DNA of 64,000 nt from an uncultured Solirubrobacterales bacterium (GCA_963715515.1 OY970249.1:3007080-3071079), one strand, 5' to 3'; shown: positions 27,596 to 37,706, counted from the stretch's first letter. Notes: generated from the sequence alone by a model not told the origin. Numbers and translations: made by a program.

Positions 27596-28528
27596 CTACT
27601 TCAAGCGGAAGGCCTTGATGCGATCGTCGTACTGCGCGGTGTCGCGCGCGTAGACGCCGTAGGCCAGTGCTTGGATGAGGCTCAGCAGCGCCGTGTGCGA
27701 GCGCACGTAGGCGGGGCCGTTGGAGGAGTAGTACAGCTTGATCTGCGCCAGCTTTGCGACCTCCGAGAGCGTCGCGTCGGTGACCGCCGCGGTGCGCGCC
27801 TTGCGGTGGCGCGCGAGCTTCATCGCGCGCACGACCAGCGGATGAGGACGACCGGCCGAGAGGCCGACGACGAGCGTGCCTTCGTCGATGCGGCCGAGTC
27901 GGCTAAGCGCCTCCTGGGAGGGGCTGGCCACAACGTCGACGCGCAGATCGAGCAGCATCAGCAGATGGCGCAGATAGCTCGCGAAGAAGGCCATCTGGTC
28001 GGTGCCCACCACGAGCACCTTCTCGGCGCCGACGATCGCCTCGACCAGCGCATCCACGGCGCTGCGCGAGACCTTGCGGGCGGTCTCCTCGACGTTCAGA
28101 TGATCGGCGGCAAGCGCCGTCTCGAACTCGTTCTGATCGAGCGAGAACAGCGGCGTGGAGCCATTTGCGGGGTGGGCGCCGGAACCTTTGGTGGGCGGGC
28201 CGGTGATCGCCTGCGTGTGCACGCGGCGGTACTCCTCGCGCGCCGCGGCCTGCAGCTCGGGGAAGCCCTCGAAGCCGAGCGCCTGCGAGAAGCGCACGAC
28301 CGTCGAACTCGACGTGTTCGCGCGGCGGGCCAGCTCCTCCGCCGTCTGGAATGCCGCCTCGTCGAGATGGTCGACGATGTACTGCGCGACGTCCTTCTGC
28401 GAGCGCGAGCACTCGTCAAAACGAGCCTGGATGTACTCCGACAGGCTCTGGTGATCGCCGGTGCTCCTCGCCAGCGGACCCGGCTGGGTGGGAGTGGGGG
28501 TGCTAACACGCTTCATCGCGGCTGTCAT
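27596..28528 (-). CDS. MurR/RpiR-family transcriptional regulator
   Basis: HTH: ELARRANTSSSTVVRFSQALGFEGF; SIS-like C-terminal domain. Confidence 0.9.
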   Translation of the reverse strand: MTAAMKRVSTPTPTQPGPLARSTGDHQSLSEYIQARFDECSRSQKDVAQYIVDHLDEAAFQTAEELARRANTSSSTVVRFSQALGFEGFPELQAAAREEYRRVHTQAITGPPTKGSGAHPANGSTPLFSLDQNEFETALAADHLNVEETARKVSRSAVDALVEAIVGAEKVLVVGTDQMAFFASYLRHLLMLLDLRVDVVASPSQEALSRLGRIDEGTLVVGLSAGRPHPLVVRAMKLARHRKARTAAVTDATLSEVAKLAQIKLYYSSNGPAYVRSHTALLSLIQALAYGVYARDTAQYDDRIKAFRLK

Positions 28529-28596
28529 TCGACGTCAGCGTCTCGGACTCCTCCCCCAGGATGATCCATTGGCCCTCGCCGCGCGCACATACGCAC

Positions 28597-29870
28597 GTGA
28601 AGATCGCGATCGTAGGCGCCGGCATCTCCGGTCTGGTGGCAGCCCATCTGCTGCACCGCGAGCACGACATCACTCTCTACGAGGCGGCCTCCTACGCGGG
28701 CGGGCACACGCACACGGTCAGCGTCGAGGTCCCCGACGCCACCCATCGCATCGACACCGGCTTCATTGCCTTCAACGACCGCAACTACCCCAACTTCATT
28801 CGCCTGCTCGACGGCCTCGGGGTTGACGTGCAGAGCACCAGGATGAGTTTTTCGGTGAAGGGCGACGCGGAGGACTTCGAGTACTCAGGCACCCGCGGGG
28901 CGTCTTCTGCCAGCCGCGCAACCTGCTGCGGCCGTGGTACTGGCGGATGCTCGCCGAACTGCCGCGCTTCAACCGCGAGCTGCGCCGGCTGCTGGAGCGC
29001 GAGCGGGAAGGCCTGTCCGCCTCGGGGCTGTCCTCCGCGGGGCTTTCGCTGCATGACTTCCTCGACCGGCATCGCTTCTCCGAGCCCTTCGTGCGGCGCA
29101 TGATCGTCCCCCAGATATCGGCCGTCTGGTCGGCCGACCCCAATCAGATGACCAGCTTCCCCGTGGGCTTTCTCGCGGAGTTCTTCGCCAATCACGGCAT
29201 GCTCGGCTTTCGCGATCGCCCGCGCTGGTTCACCGTGACGGGTGGCTCGGAGCGCTACGTGGACGCCCTGACCCGACCCTTCCGCCACCGCATCCAGCTC
29301 GACGCCCCCGTCCATTCCGTCACGCGTGCGCCCGACCACGTCGAGCTGATCGTTGCTGGCCGCGAGCGCGAGCGCTACGACCACGTCGTGATCGCCACGC
29401 ACTCCGACCAGGCCCTGGCGATGCTGGCCGACCCCAGCCGGCAGGAGGCCGACGTGCTGGGCGCCATCCGCTACCAGCCCAACGAGGCCGTGCTGCACAC
29501 CGACGCCACGCTGCTGCCGCGCCGCCGCGCGGCGCGCGCGGCGTGGAACTTCCATCTGCCGCCCACACCGCGGCCGCTGACGACGGTGACGTACTACATG
29601 AACCACCTCCAGCGCCTCCGTGCCGACCGCGACTTCTGTGTCACGCTCAACCGCAACGAGGCGATCGACCCAGCGAAGATCATCCGCCGGCTCAGCTACT
29701 CCCACCCCGTCTACACCCCCCGTGCGGTGGCCGCCCAGACGCGGCACGCCGCCATCTCTCATGTGGAGCGCCGCACGCACTACTGCGGCGCCTACTGGGG
29801 CTGGGGCTTTCACGAGGACGGCGTCGTCAGCGCCCTGCGCGCCTGCGCGCCGTTCGGGGTGACGCTGTGA
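28597..29870 (+). pseudogene. FAD-dependent oxidoreductase (amine oxidase-like) with a -1 frameshift at ~28892 (probably homopolymer error)
   Basis: IAIVGAGISG, GGHTHT, DTGFI..YPNF in the first frame; HSDQAL, YCGAYWGWGFHEDG in the second. One extra C in ACCCGCGG restores T-P-R-G-V-F. Confidence 0.88.
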
Positions 29871-29906
29871 GGAGCTGCCCGCTGTGAGGAGCCCACTGTG
29901 AGGAGC
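29865..29906 (+). repeat. Triplicated GTGA junction forming relay mini-ORFs MRSCPL* and MRSPL*
   Basis: CTGTGAGGAGC x3; GTG at 29867, 29884 and 29898. Confidence 0.8.
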
Positions 29907-30746
29907 TGCCTCTACACCGGCTCGGTCAGACATCGACGCACGGGCGACGTGCCCGACGAGTTTCACCAGCGGCTGTTCATGCTCTATCTGGACCTCGACG
30001 AGCTGCCCGAGTTGTTCGACGGCAGCCTTGCGTGGTCCGCGCGCAGGCCGGCTCCGGCGTGGTTTCGCCGCGCCGACTATCTCGGCGACCCGCGGCAGTC
30101 GCTGACGGATGCCGTGCGCGATCTGGTCGACTCGCGCACCGGCGTGCGACCCGACGGCCCGGTGCGGCTGCTGACCCACATGCGCTACCTCGGCCACTGC
30201 TTCAACCCGGTCAGCTTCTACTACTGCTTCGACGCCTCCGGCGCGCGCGTGGTGGCGGTGGTGGCCGAGGTGACCAACACGCCCTGGGGCGAGCGCCACG
30301 CATACGTCATGCCGGTCGGCGCAGCGCTCGACCGCGGCTGCACTACCGATCGCGGCGCCGGCACGGTGCGCGGCGCCGAGACCGATCGCGGCACGGCAGC
30401 CGACAACGGCACGACAACGGTCATGCACCGGCAGTTCGACAAGCAGTTGCACGTCTCACCACTGATGGGCATGGACCTGCTCTACGACTGGCGCCTGACG
30501 GTCCCCGCGCAGCGGCTCTCGGTCCACATCGAAGCCCGCCGAGCCGACGGCGGGGTGCGCCTGTTCGACGCCACGCTCGCGCTGCGCCGCCAGGAGATCG
30601 ACGCCGGGTCCCTGCGCCGGGCATTGCTGCGCTACCCCCTGATGACGCTGCGCGTGCAGGCGCGCATCTACACCCACGCCCTGCGTCTGCGCCTGCGCGG
30701 CGCGCGCTGGTATCCCCACCCCGGCAGCGGGGCGGTGTCGGCATGA
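29898..30746 (+). CDS. DUF1365-family protein
   Basis: HRR, FNPVSFYYC, AEVTNTPWGERHAY, KQLHVSP, IYTHALRL motifs. Confidence 0.92.
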   Translation: MRSCLYTGSVRHRRTGDVPDEFHQRLFMLYLDLDELPELFDGSLAWSARRPAPAWFRRADYLGDPRQSLTDAVRDLVDSRTGVRPDGPVRLLTHMRYLGHCFNPVSFYYCFDASGARVVAVVAEVTNTPWGERHAYVMPVGAALDRGCTTDRGAGTVRGAETDRGTAADNGTTTVMHRQFDKQLHVSPLMGMDLLYDWRLTVPAQRLSVHIEARRADGGVRLFDATLALRRQEIDAGSLRRALLRYPLMTLRVQARIYTHALRLRLRGARWYPHPGSGAVSA

Positions 30747-32176
30747 GGATCCTCGATCGTCTGGCCCGCCGGATCGTGCTGCGCGTGCTCGCGCACACGC
30801 GCGACGGCGAACTCGTGCTCGTCGAGGACGGCCGGCAACTGCGCTTCGGCCTTGCCGCGTCCGAGCCTTCGCATTCCGGGCACGCCGCGGGCGAACCTTT
30901 GCATCCCGGCCACGCCGCGCCTGCGCGCCTACGCCTTGACGGCGCCGCGCTCGAGCGTCCGCCGCGAGCCGTCGTGATGATCCACTCCCGCCGCTTCTAC
31001 CGCTCGCTCCTGCGCGGCAGCGTTGGATTGTGCGATTCCTACATGGAGCGCCTGTGGGACTGCGATGACCTGGTGGCGCTCACGCGGATCGCGGCGCGCA
31101 ACGTACGCGCATTGGACGACCTGCGGCGCGCGCTGGCGCCTCTGCTGATCCCCTTCCAGCGCTGGCTGCGCTGGCTGGCACGAAACACGCCGCGCCGCTC
31201 GCGCCGGCAGATCGCGGCCCATTATGACCTTGGCAACGAGCTGTTCGCGCTGTTCCTCGACGCCACCATGACGTACTCCTGCGCCGTCTTTGCCTCACCG
31301 AGCACGACGCTCGAAGAGGCCTCGCTGGCGAAGCTCGAGATGGTCTGCGCCAAGCTCGACCTCGGCCCGCGGGATCACGTCCTCGAGATCGGCACCGGCT
31401 GGGGAGGCTTCGCGGTGTACGCCGCGCAGCGCTACGGCTGCCGCGTCACGACGACGACGATCTCGCGCGAGCAGCACGCCTATGCCGCCGAGCGCGTTCG
31501 CGCAGCGGGTCTCGCGGACCGTGTGACGGTGCTGTTGGAGGACTACCGCGACCGCGCGAAGCTCGGCCAGCGCGGCTGCTACGACAAGCTCGTCAGCATC
31601 GAGATGATCGAGGCCGTCGGCTGGCAGCTGCTGCCGGCATTCCTACGGCGCTGCTCTGAGCTGCTGCGCCCCGACGGCGCGATGCTCTTGCAGGCGATCG
31701 TGATCGACGACCGTGCCTACCACGTCGAGAAGGCATCCAAGAGCTTCATCAACACCTACATCTTCCCCGGCGGCTGCCTGCCTTCGTTGGAGGCAATCTC
31801 GCGCTCGCTGGCGCGCGCTACCGACCTGCGCGCGGTGCACCTGGAGGACATCACGCCCCACTACGCCGAGACCCTGGCGCACTGGCGCCGGCGCTTCCTC
31901 GCCGCCTCGGCACGGCTGGCAGAGCTGGGCTATGACGAGCGCTTCCGGCGCCTCTGGGAGCTGTACCTGTGCTACTGCGAGGGCGGCTTTCGCGAGCGGC
32001 GCATCCAGGACGTGCAGCTGCTGCTGGCCAAGCCCCGCTATCGCGCCGAGCCACGCGTCGGCGACCCGCCTTCCGCCGGACCACCCTCCGCCGAGCCGTG
32101 CGCCGCCGAACCGCCCTCAGCCGGACCGCGCAAGCCGCTGGAGGCTTTGAGCCTGTCGGCCAGCGCCACGAAGTAG
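30743..32176 (+). CDS. Cyclopropane-fatty-acyl-phospholipid synthase-family SAM methyltransferase
   Basis: IAAHYDLGN, MTYSCA, LEIGTGWG, SIEMIEAVG, YIFPGGCLPS, YLCYCEGGF; ATGA overlap with DUF1365. Confidence 0.93.
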   Translation: MRILDRLARRIVLRVLAHTRDGELVLVEDGRQLRFGLAASEPSHSGHAAGEPLHPGHAAPARLRLDGAALERPPRAVVMIHSRRFYRSLLRGSVGLCDSYMERLWDCDDLVALTRIAARNVRALDDLRRALAPLLIPFQRWLRWLARNTPRRSRRQIAAHYDLGNELFALFLDATMTYSCAVFASPSTTLEEASLAKLEMVCAKLDLGPRDHVLEIGTGWGGFAVYAAQRYGCRVTTTTISREQHAYAAERVRAAGLADRVTVLLEDYRDRAKLGQRGCYDKLVSIEMIEAVGWQLLPAFLRRCSELLRPDGAMLLQAIVIDDRAYHVEKASKSFINTYIFPGGCLPSLEAISRSLARATDLRAVHLEDITPHYAETLAHWRRRFLAASARLAELGYDERFRRLWELYLCYCEGGFRERRIQDVQLLLAKPRYRAEPRVGDPPSAGPPSAEPCAAEPPSAGPRKPLEALSLSASATK

Positions 32177-34173
32177 TCGAGCGCCTCGGGGTTGGCCAGC
32201 GAGTCCACGCTCGCGGCCTCGCGCGGCGAGGCGCCCATCAGGATCCGCTTCACCGGCACCTCCAGCGCCTTGCCCGAAAGCGTCCTCGGCACGTCGACGA
32301 TCTGCATGATCTCGTTGGGCACGTGCCGCGGCGAGCAGTCCTCGCGGATGACCCTCGCGATCCTGGCCTTCAGCTCGTCATCGAGTGCCACGCCATCGCG
32401 CAACACGACGAACAGCACCATCCACAACTCGTCCTCCCGCCCGTGCGGGATGTCGACGACCAGCGCATCGACGACCTCCGCCACGGCGCCCGCCGCACGA
32501 TAGATCTCGCTGGTGCCCATGCGCACGCCCTGGCGGTTGATCGTGGCATCGGAGCGTCCGTAGATCACGGCGCCTCCGCGCGCGGTGATCTGGATCCAGT
32601 CGCCGTGGCGCCAGATCCCGGGATAGGTCGAGAAGTAGCTCTCGCGGTAGCGCTCGCCGACCCGGGCGAAACGATCGGGTGCCCGATCGCCCCAGAAAAA
32701 GAGCGGCATCGACGGCAGTGGCTCGGTCAGCACCAGCTCGCCGACCTCCTCGAGGAGGCTGCGGCCCTGCTCGTCCCAGGACTCCACCGCGCAACCCAGT
32801 GCACGGCACTGCAGTTCGCCGACGTAGACCGGCAGCAGCGGACAGCCGCCCACGAAGGCCGTGCAGACATCGGTGCCGCCGCTCGTCGAGAACAGCCATA
32901 CGTCGGGCTTGACCTGCTCGTAGACCCACTGAAAGCTCTCCGGCGGCAGCGGCGAGCCGGTCGAGCCGATGCTGCGCAACCTGCTCAGATCGTGTTCGCG
33001 GCCCGGCTCGCGACCCTGCTTTTGACAGCTCGAGAGAAGGCCCGCGCTGACGCCCATACAGGTCATTTTCGTCCGCTCGGCCAGCTCCCACAGCACCCCC
33101 AGATCCGGATAGGCAGGGCTGCCGTCGTACAACACGATGGCGGCCTCCGTGAAGAGGCAGCCAACCAGGAAGTTCCACATCATCCAGCCCGTCGTGGAGA
33201 ACCAGAACATACGGTCGCCGCGGTGCAGGTCGAGGTGCAGATGACTCTTCTTGAGCTGCTCCACGAGGATGCCGCCGTGGCCGTGCACGATGGCCTTCGG
33301 CAGGCCCGTGGTGCCCGAGGAGTAGAGCACCCACAGCGGATGTTCGAAGGGCACCTGCTCGAACACCAGCTCGCTGCCCCGACCTCGCTCACACAGCTCA
33401 TCCCAGGTAAGACCGCCGGGCCACGTCGAGGGAACGGTGAGGGCGTCCTCGCCAGGCGCGAGGTACGGCAGGAGCACGGCATGCTGCACCGTCGGCAGCT
33501 CTGCCAGGATTCCCTCGAGCACCGCCATCCGGTAAAAATCCTTGCCCCCATGGCGATAGCCGTTGACGGCGAGCAGCACCTTCGGCTCGATCTGCGCGAA
33601 GCGGTCGATCACGCTGCGCGCGCCGAACTCGGGCGCAGCGCTCGACCACACGGCTCCGAGACTGGCGACGGCGAGGAAGGCGACGAGCGTCTCGGGGATG
33701 TTCGGCATGTAGGCCACCACCCGATCTCCCCGTGCCACGCCCAACTGGCGCAGGCCGCCGGCGACGCATGCCACCTGCGCGGAGAGATCGCCCCAGGTGA
33801 GCGCCTGCAGCGGACGCAGCTCGGAGGCGTGCAGCACAGCCGTTTGCAGCGGCTGGCGATCGCGTAGCAGCATGTTCTCCGCGTAGTTCAGCTCTGCGCC
33901 CGCGAACCAGCGTGCGCCGGGCATCGTGCGCGTATCGAGCACCTGCTCGTATGGCCGCGAGGCGCGCACGTCGCAGAACTCCCAGATGTCGGCCCAGAAG
34001 GTCTCCAGCTCCCGCACCGACCAGCGCCGCAGCTCGTCGTAGTCGGCGAAATGACAGCCATGGCGCTCGCCTGCCCAGCGCATGAAGCGGGTCATCGTGG
34101 CGGCCTCGCGGGCAGCGGGGGACGGTTCCCATAGGGGCTCGTGCTCGGCTGCGCCAGACATCGCCCCACTCAT
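32038..34173 (-). CDS. Acetoacetate--CoA ligase
   Basis: WFAGAELNYAEN, LYSSGTTGLPKAIVHG, GWMMWN, SGGTD, WRHGDW, GRSDATIN motifs. Confidence 0.93.
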   Translation of the reverse strand: MSGAMSGAAEHEPLWEPSPAAREAATMTRFMRWAGERHGCHFADYDELRRWSVRELETFWADIWEFCDVRASRPYEQVLDTRTMPGARWFAGAELNYAENMLLRDRQPLQTAVLHASELRPLQALTWGDLSAQVACVAGGLRQLGVARGDRVVAYMPNIPETLVAFLAVASLGAVWSSAAPEFGARSVIDRFAQIEPKVLLAVNGYRHGGKDFYRMAVLEGILAELPTVQHAVLLPYLAPGEDALTVPSTWPGGLTWDELCERGRGSELVFEQVPFEHPLWVLYSSGTTGLPKAIVHGHGGILVEQLKKSHLHLDLHRGDRMFWFSTTGWMMWNFLVGCLFTEAAIVLYDGSPAYPDLGVLWELAERTKMTCMGVSAGLLSSCQKQGREPGREHDLSRLRSIGSTGSPLPPESFQWVYEQVKPDVWLFSTSGGTDVCTAFVGGCPLLPVYVGELQCRALGCAVESWDEQGRSLLEEVGELVLTEPLPSMPLFFWGDRAPDRFARVGERYRESYFSTYPGIWRHGDWIQITARGGAVIYGRSDATINRQGVRMGTSEIYRAAGAVAEVVDALVVDIPHGREDELWMVLFVVLRDGVALDDELKARIARVIREDCSPRHVPNEIMQIVDVPRTLSGKALEVPVKRILMGASPREAASVDSLANPEALDYFVALADRLKASSGLRGPAEGGSAAHGSAEGGPAEGGSPTRGSAR

Positions 34174-34221
34174 CGCGTCACGCACAATATCCCCACCGGT
34201 CGCCCCAGCTCCATCTCTGCA

Positions 34222-34304
34222 CGGGCACGCACACTCTTCTGCACGCCTGCAACCGGGCACGCGCACTTTCCTGCGGCCGCAAACGGGCACGCGCGCTCTC
34301 CTGC
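34222..34304. repeat. Three imperfect 30-32-bp tandem repeats in a divergent promoter region
   Basis: CGGGCACGC(A/G)C..T.T.CTGC at 34222, 34254 and 34284. Confidence 0.7.
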
Positions 34305-34323
34305 GCGGTTATCCTCCCCGCTC

Positions 34324-35421
34324 GTGGAGTCCGCCCCGTCACTGCGCGAGGAGTTCCCGGTCCTGAGCGGGCTGGCATACCTCAACGCCGGCACCGACGG
34401 CCCGCTGCCTGCCGCCGCCGTGCGCGCCGCCGCAGGCGAGTTGCAGCGCGAGGTCGAGCACGGACGCGCACAGCAGCATTTCGAGCGCCGCGGCGAGCTG
34501 AGCGCGATGCTGAGATCCGCCTACGCGTCCATCCTTCGGTGCGCCGCCGAGGACGTCTCGCTGAGCACCTGCACCAGCGAGGGCATCGCGCAGGTGATCG
34601 GCGGCCTGGAGCTGCGCGCGGGCGAGGAGATCGTGACCAGCGACGAGGAGCACCCCGGCCTGTTGGGAGCGCTGGGCGCCGCGCGGGAGCTGCACGGCGT
34701 GTCGATCCGTACGGTGGCGCTCGCGGATGTCGCCAACGCCGTGGGCCCCCGTACACGCCTGGTCGCCTGCTCGCACGTCGGCTGGATGAGCGGCAGCTTC
34801 GCGCCCGCCGAGCTGGCCGACGTGGAGGTACCCGTGCTGCTCGACGGCGCTCAGGGCATCGGCGCCGTGCCCGTCGACGTGGGTGCGTTGGGCTGCGATG
34901 CCTATGCCGGCGCCGGCCAGAAGTGGCTGTGCGGACCCGACGGCACCGGCATGCTCCACACCACGCCGCAGCTGCGCGAGCGCCTTGCGGTGCGCAGGCG
35001 CGGCTATGGCAACCTGGCCGACCCCAACGAGGGGCTGAACGCGCGGCTGCACGACGACGCCCGCCGCCTCGACACGATGTCGCTGAACGCCGAGACCACG
35101 GCCTGCGCGCTGGCGGCGACCGAGGTGTTGACGCAGGCGCACCTCCTGGAGGGCTCCGGCTGGCCCGCCGTACACGAGCGCGCGCGCGGGCTGGCTGCGC
35201 TCCTAGCCGAACGCCTGAGCGACCGCGGGCGGCTCGTGGCGCCGCGTGACGACACCACGCTGGTGTCCTTCTCGAGCGCCGATCCCGCCGCCGAGCGCAC
35301 GCGGCTCGCCGAGCGCGGAGTCCTCCTGCGGGACATCCCCGGACGATCCTGGCTGCGCGCATCGGTCGGGGCCTGGAACAACGAGGACGACCTCGAACGT
35401 CTCCTGGCTGGGCTTACATGA
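34324..35421 (+). CDS. Class V PLP-dependent aminotransferase / cysteine desulfurase-lyase-like enzyme
   Basis: YLNAG, LDGAQ, GQKWLCGP, LRASV motifs. Confidence 0.9.
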   Translation: MESAPSLREEFPVLSGLAYLNAGTDGPLPAAAVRAAAGELQREVEHGRAQQHFERRGELSAMLRSAYASILRCAAEDVSLSTCTSEGIAQVIGGLELRAGEEIVTSDEEHPGLLGALGAARELHGVSIRTVALADVANAVGPRTRLVACSHVGWMSGSFAPAELADVEVPVLLDGAQGIGAVPVDVGALGCDAYAGAGQKWLCGPDGTGMLHTTPQLRERLAVRRRGYGNLADPNEGLNARLHDDARRLDTMSLNAETTACALAATEVLTQAHLLEGSGWPAVHERARGLAALLAERLSDRGRLVAPRDDTTLVSFSSADPAAERTRLAERGVLLRDIPGRSWLRASVGAWNNEDDLERLLAGLT

Positions 35422-35497
35422 GCCAGTTGGCATCGAGTCTCCCGGGTGGGTCCGCATGAGCCTATTGGCGCCGAGCCTCACGGCTGTGCCCGCATGA
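35418..35497 (+). other. Two chained 13-aa relay mini-ORFs (38-bp period)
   Basis: MSQLASSLPGGSA* then MSLLAPSLTAVPA* then MSQLAPSLPAG... ; ATGA overlaps at 35418, 35456 and 35494. Confidence 0.6.
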
Positions 35498-37602
35498 GCC
35501 AGTTGGCGCCCAGTCTGCCCGCCGGTATACGCACGCGGGCGCTCCCCCGTATCTCCTCCACGGCGCTGTACCGCGCGGCGCTCGCGGCGGTGCTGGGACT
35601 GTCAGCCGTCCTGAACATCCATCGCCTCGCTCAGAACGGCTACGCCAACATCTACTACTCCGCCGGCGTGAGGTCGATGCTCGCCTCGCTGCACAACTTT
35701 TTGTTCGTCTCCTCCGATCCAGGCGGTCTGATCACGATCGACAAGCCGCCGCTGGCGTTATGGATACAGGTGGCCAGCGCCAAGCTCTTCGGCTTCTCTC
35801 CCCTCAGCCTGCTGCTGCCGGAGGCGATCGCGGGGGTGCTGGCCGTGGGGGCGCTCTACTGGGCGTTGGCCAGGCCCTTCGGCCGCCCCGCCGCGCTGGC
35901 CGGCGCGCTGGCGCTGGCGGTGTTCCCGTCGTTCGTGGCCGTCTCGCGCGATAACAATCTCGACGCCATCCTGATCCTGCTGATGATCCTCGCAGGCGGC
36001 ACGGCGCTGCGGGCGGTGCAGAGCGGACGGTGGCGCACGCTGCTGGCCTGCGCCGTGCTCGTTGGACTGGCGTTCAACACCAAGACCCTCGCCGCCTACC
36101 TGATCGTGCCCGGGATCGGCCTGGCGTACGTCGTGGGCGCCCCGGGGCCGCTGCGCCGCCGCCTCGTCCAGCTGCTCATCGCGGGCGCCGCGATGTTCGC
36201 GATCTCGTTCGCGTGGATCGCCTTCGTCGAACTCACGCCGGCCTCCCAGCGACCCTATGTGGGCGGCTCGGTCGATAACACGCAGCTGGGATTGACTTTC
36301 GAATACAACGGTCTGGGGCGTGTCGGCGGCGAGGAGGGAGGCCCCGGGCGCGTGCCCGTGGTGCCGCTGTCCTCGCTGCTCGGACGGCCACGCACCTCGG
36401 CACGCCCTGCACATCCGGTCTCCGGACAGCCGGGCTCGGCACATGCGGTCTCTGGGCAGCCGCCTGCCGCAAACGTGGTCTCCGGGCACCACGCCCGTTC
36501 CCTGCCGCGACACCATCCTCCCCCATCGCCGATCCTGCCCAACGGCCGCTTCAGAGATCCCGTGGCCTTCGGCGGTGCCATCGGACCCCTGCGGCTGCTC
36601 GACACCAACCTCGGGGATCAGGGCGGATGGATGCTGCCGTTCGCGCTGCTCGGGCTGGTGGCGCTGGCGCTCAGCCTGTTCCCCGCCAAACGGCGCGATC
36701 CACGCCTGGCCGGCGGACTGGTGTTCGGAAGCTGGTTCCTCGTGGAGGCGAGCGTGCTGAGCCTCTCCAAGGGCATCGTGCACCCCTACTACATCTCAGC
36801 CCTCGGTCCGGGCGCTGCGACGATGATCGGCGCGGGCGCCGTCGCCTTCGTGGGACTCGTCCGGCGTGGCAGGCGAAGCCTTGCAGCGGCTGCGCTCGTG
36901 CTGCTGCCGCTGGCCGTCGCCACGACGGTAATCGTGCAGCGGACGCTGCTCGACAGAGCGCACTACATGCACTGGTTCATCCCCCTCCTCGTGGCCGGCG
37001 CGGCTGTCGGCGCAGGCGCCTTCCTGCTGCTGCGGCGCCTCGCGGCGCCGGCGATGGCGCTCGTGCTCGGCGTGCTGCTGCTTGCCCCCGGAGCCTACGC
37101 CTCGAGCACCTGGGAAGCCCCCGTGGAGGGCACCTTCCCGGCGGCCGGACCGAGGCAGGCAACCGGCTACGGCGGCCTCGACGTGAGCGCTTCGACGCTG
37201 CACACCGACCGTGTGCTGCTGCGCTACCTCGCCACGCACCACGCCAGCCGACGCTGGGTGGTGCTCACCGAGGCGTCCGACACGGCGGCGTCGATGATCC
37301 TCCTCGGCGCACATGCCGGCGCACTCGCGGGCTACAGCGCCACCGACCCCGCGCTCGATGGGGCTGGGCTGGCGCGCCTCGTGGCCCTCGGCGAGGCCCG
37401 CTACGTGGTGCTCGGCGGCGCCTATTCCACGCGCGGCGGCAACCTTGCGATCCGCGCCGTGCCGCACGCGTGCCTGGAGGTGCCTGGAGCGGCGTGGCGG
37501 CAGACTCACTTCACGCAGTACAGCCTCGTGCTGTTCGACTGCGCCGGGCGTGAGCCCGAGCTGAGGGCCTATCCCGCCGGGCTGAGGGCCTATCCCCGAT
37601 AG
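35494..37602 (+). CDS. ArnT/PMT-type (GT-C fold) membrane glycosyltransferase
   Basis: YANIYYSAGV, IDKPPL, SRDNNLD, GLAFNTK, RPYVGGS, HPYY motifs; many TM helices. Confidence 0.9.
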   Translation: MSQLAPSLPAGIRTRALPRISSTALYRAALAAVLGLSAVLNIHRLAQNGYANIYYSAGVRSMLASLHNFLFVSSDPGGLITIDKPPLALWIQVASAKLFGFSPLSLLLPEAIAGVLAVGALYWALARPFGRPAALAGALALAVFPSFVAVSRDNNLDAILILLMILAGGTALRAVQSGRWRTLLACAVLVGLAFNTKTLAAYLIVPGIGLAYVVGAPGPLRRRLVQLLIAGAAMFAISFAWIAFVELTPASQRPYVGGSVDNTQLGLTFEYNGLGRVGGEEGGPGRVPVVPLSSLLGRPRTSARPAHPVSGQPGSAHAVSGQPPAANVVSGHHARSLPRHHPPPSPILPNGRFRDPVAFGGAIGPLRLLDTNLGDQGGWMLPFALLGLVALALSLFPAKRRDPRLAGGLVFGSWFLVEASVLSLSKGIVHPYYISALGPGAATMIGAGAVAFVGLVRRGRRSLAAAALVLLPLAVATTVIVQRTLLDRAHYMHWFIPLLVAGAAVGAGAFLLLRRLAAPAMALVLGVLLLAPGAYASSTWEAPVEGTFPAAGPRQATGYGGLDVSASTLHTDRVLLRYLATHHASRRWVVLTEASDTAASMILLGAHAGALAGYSATDPALDGAGLARLVALGEARYVVLGGAYSTRGGNLAIRAVPHACLEVPGAAWRQTHFTQYSLVLFDCAGREPELRAYPAGLRAYPR

Positions 37603-37706
37603 GCACGTGCTGGCGCGGGCCGGCTGAGGACGATAGGCGCCTGCTGACGCGGCCCGGCCGAGGACGGCTCGTTGGGAGGGTCCACGCGGTCAAGATGGCC
37701 GCGTGG

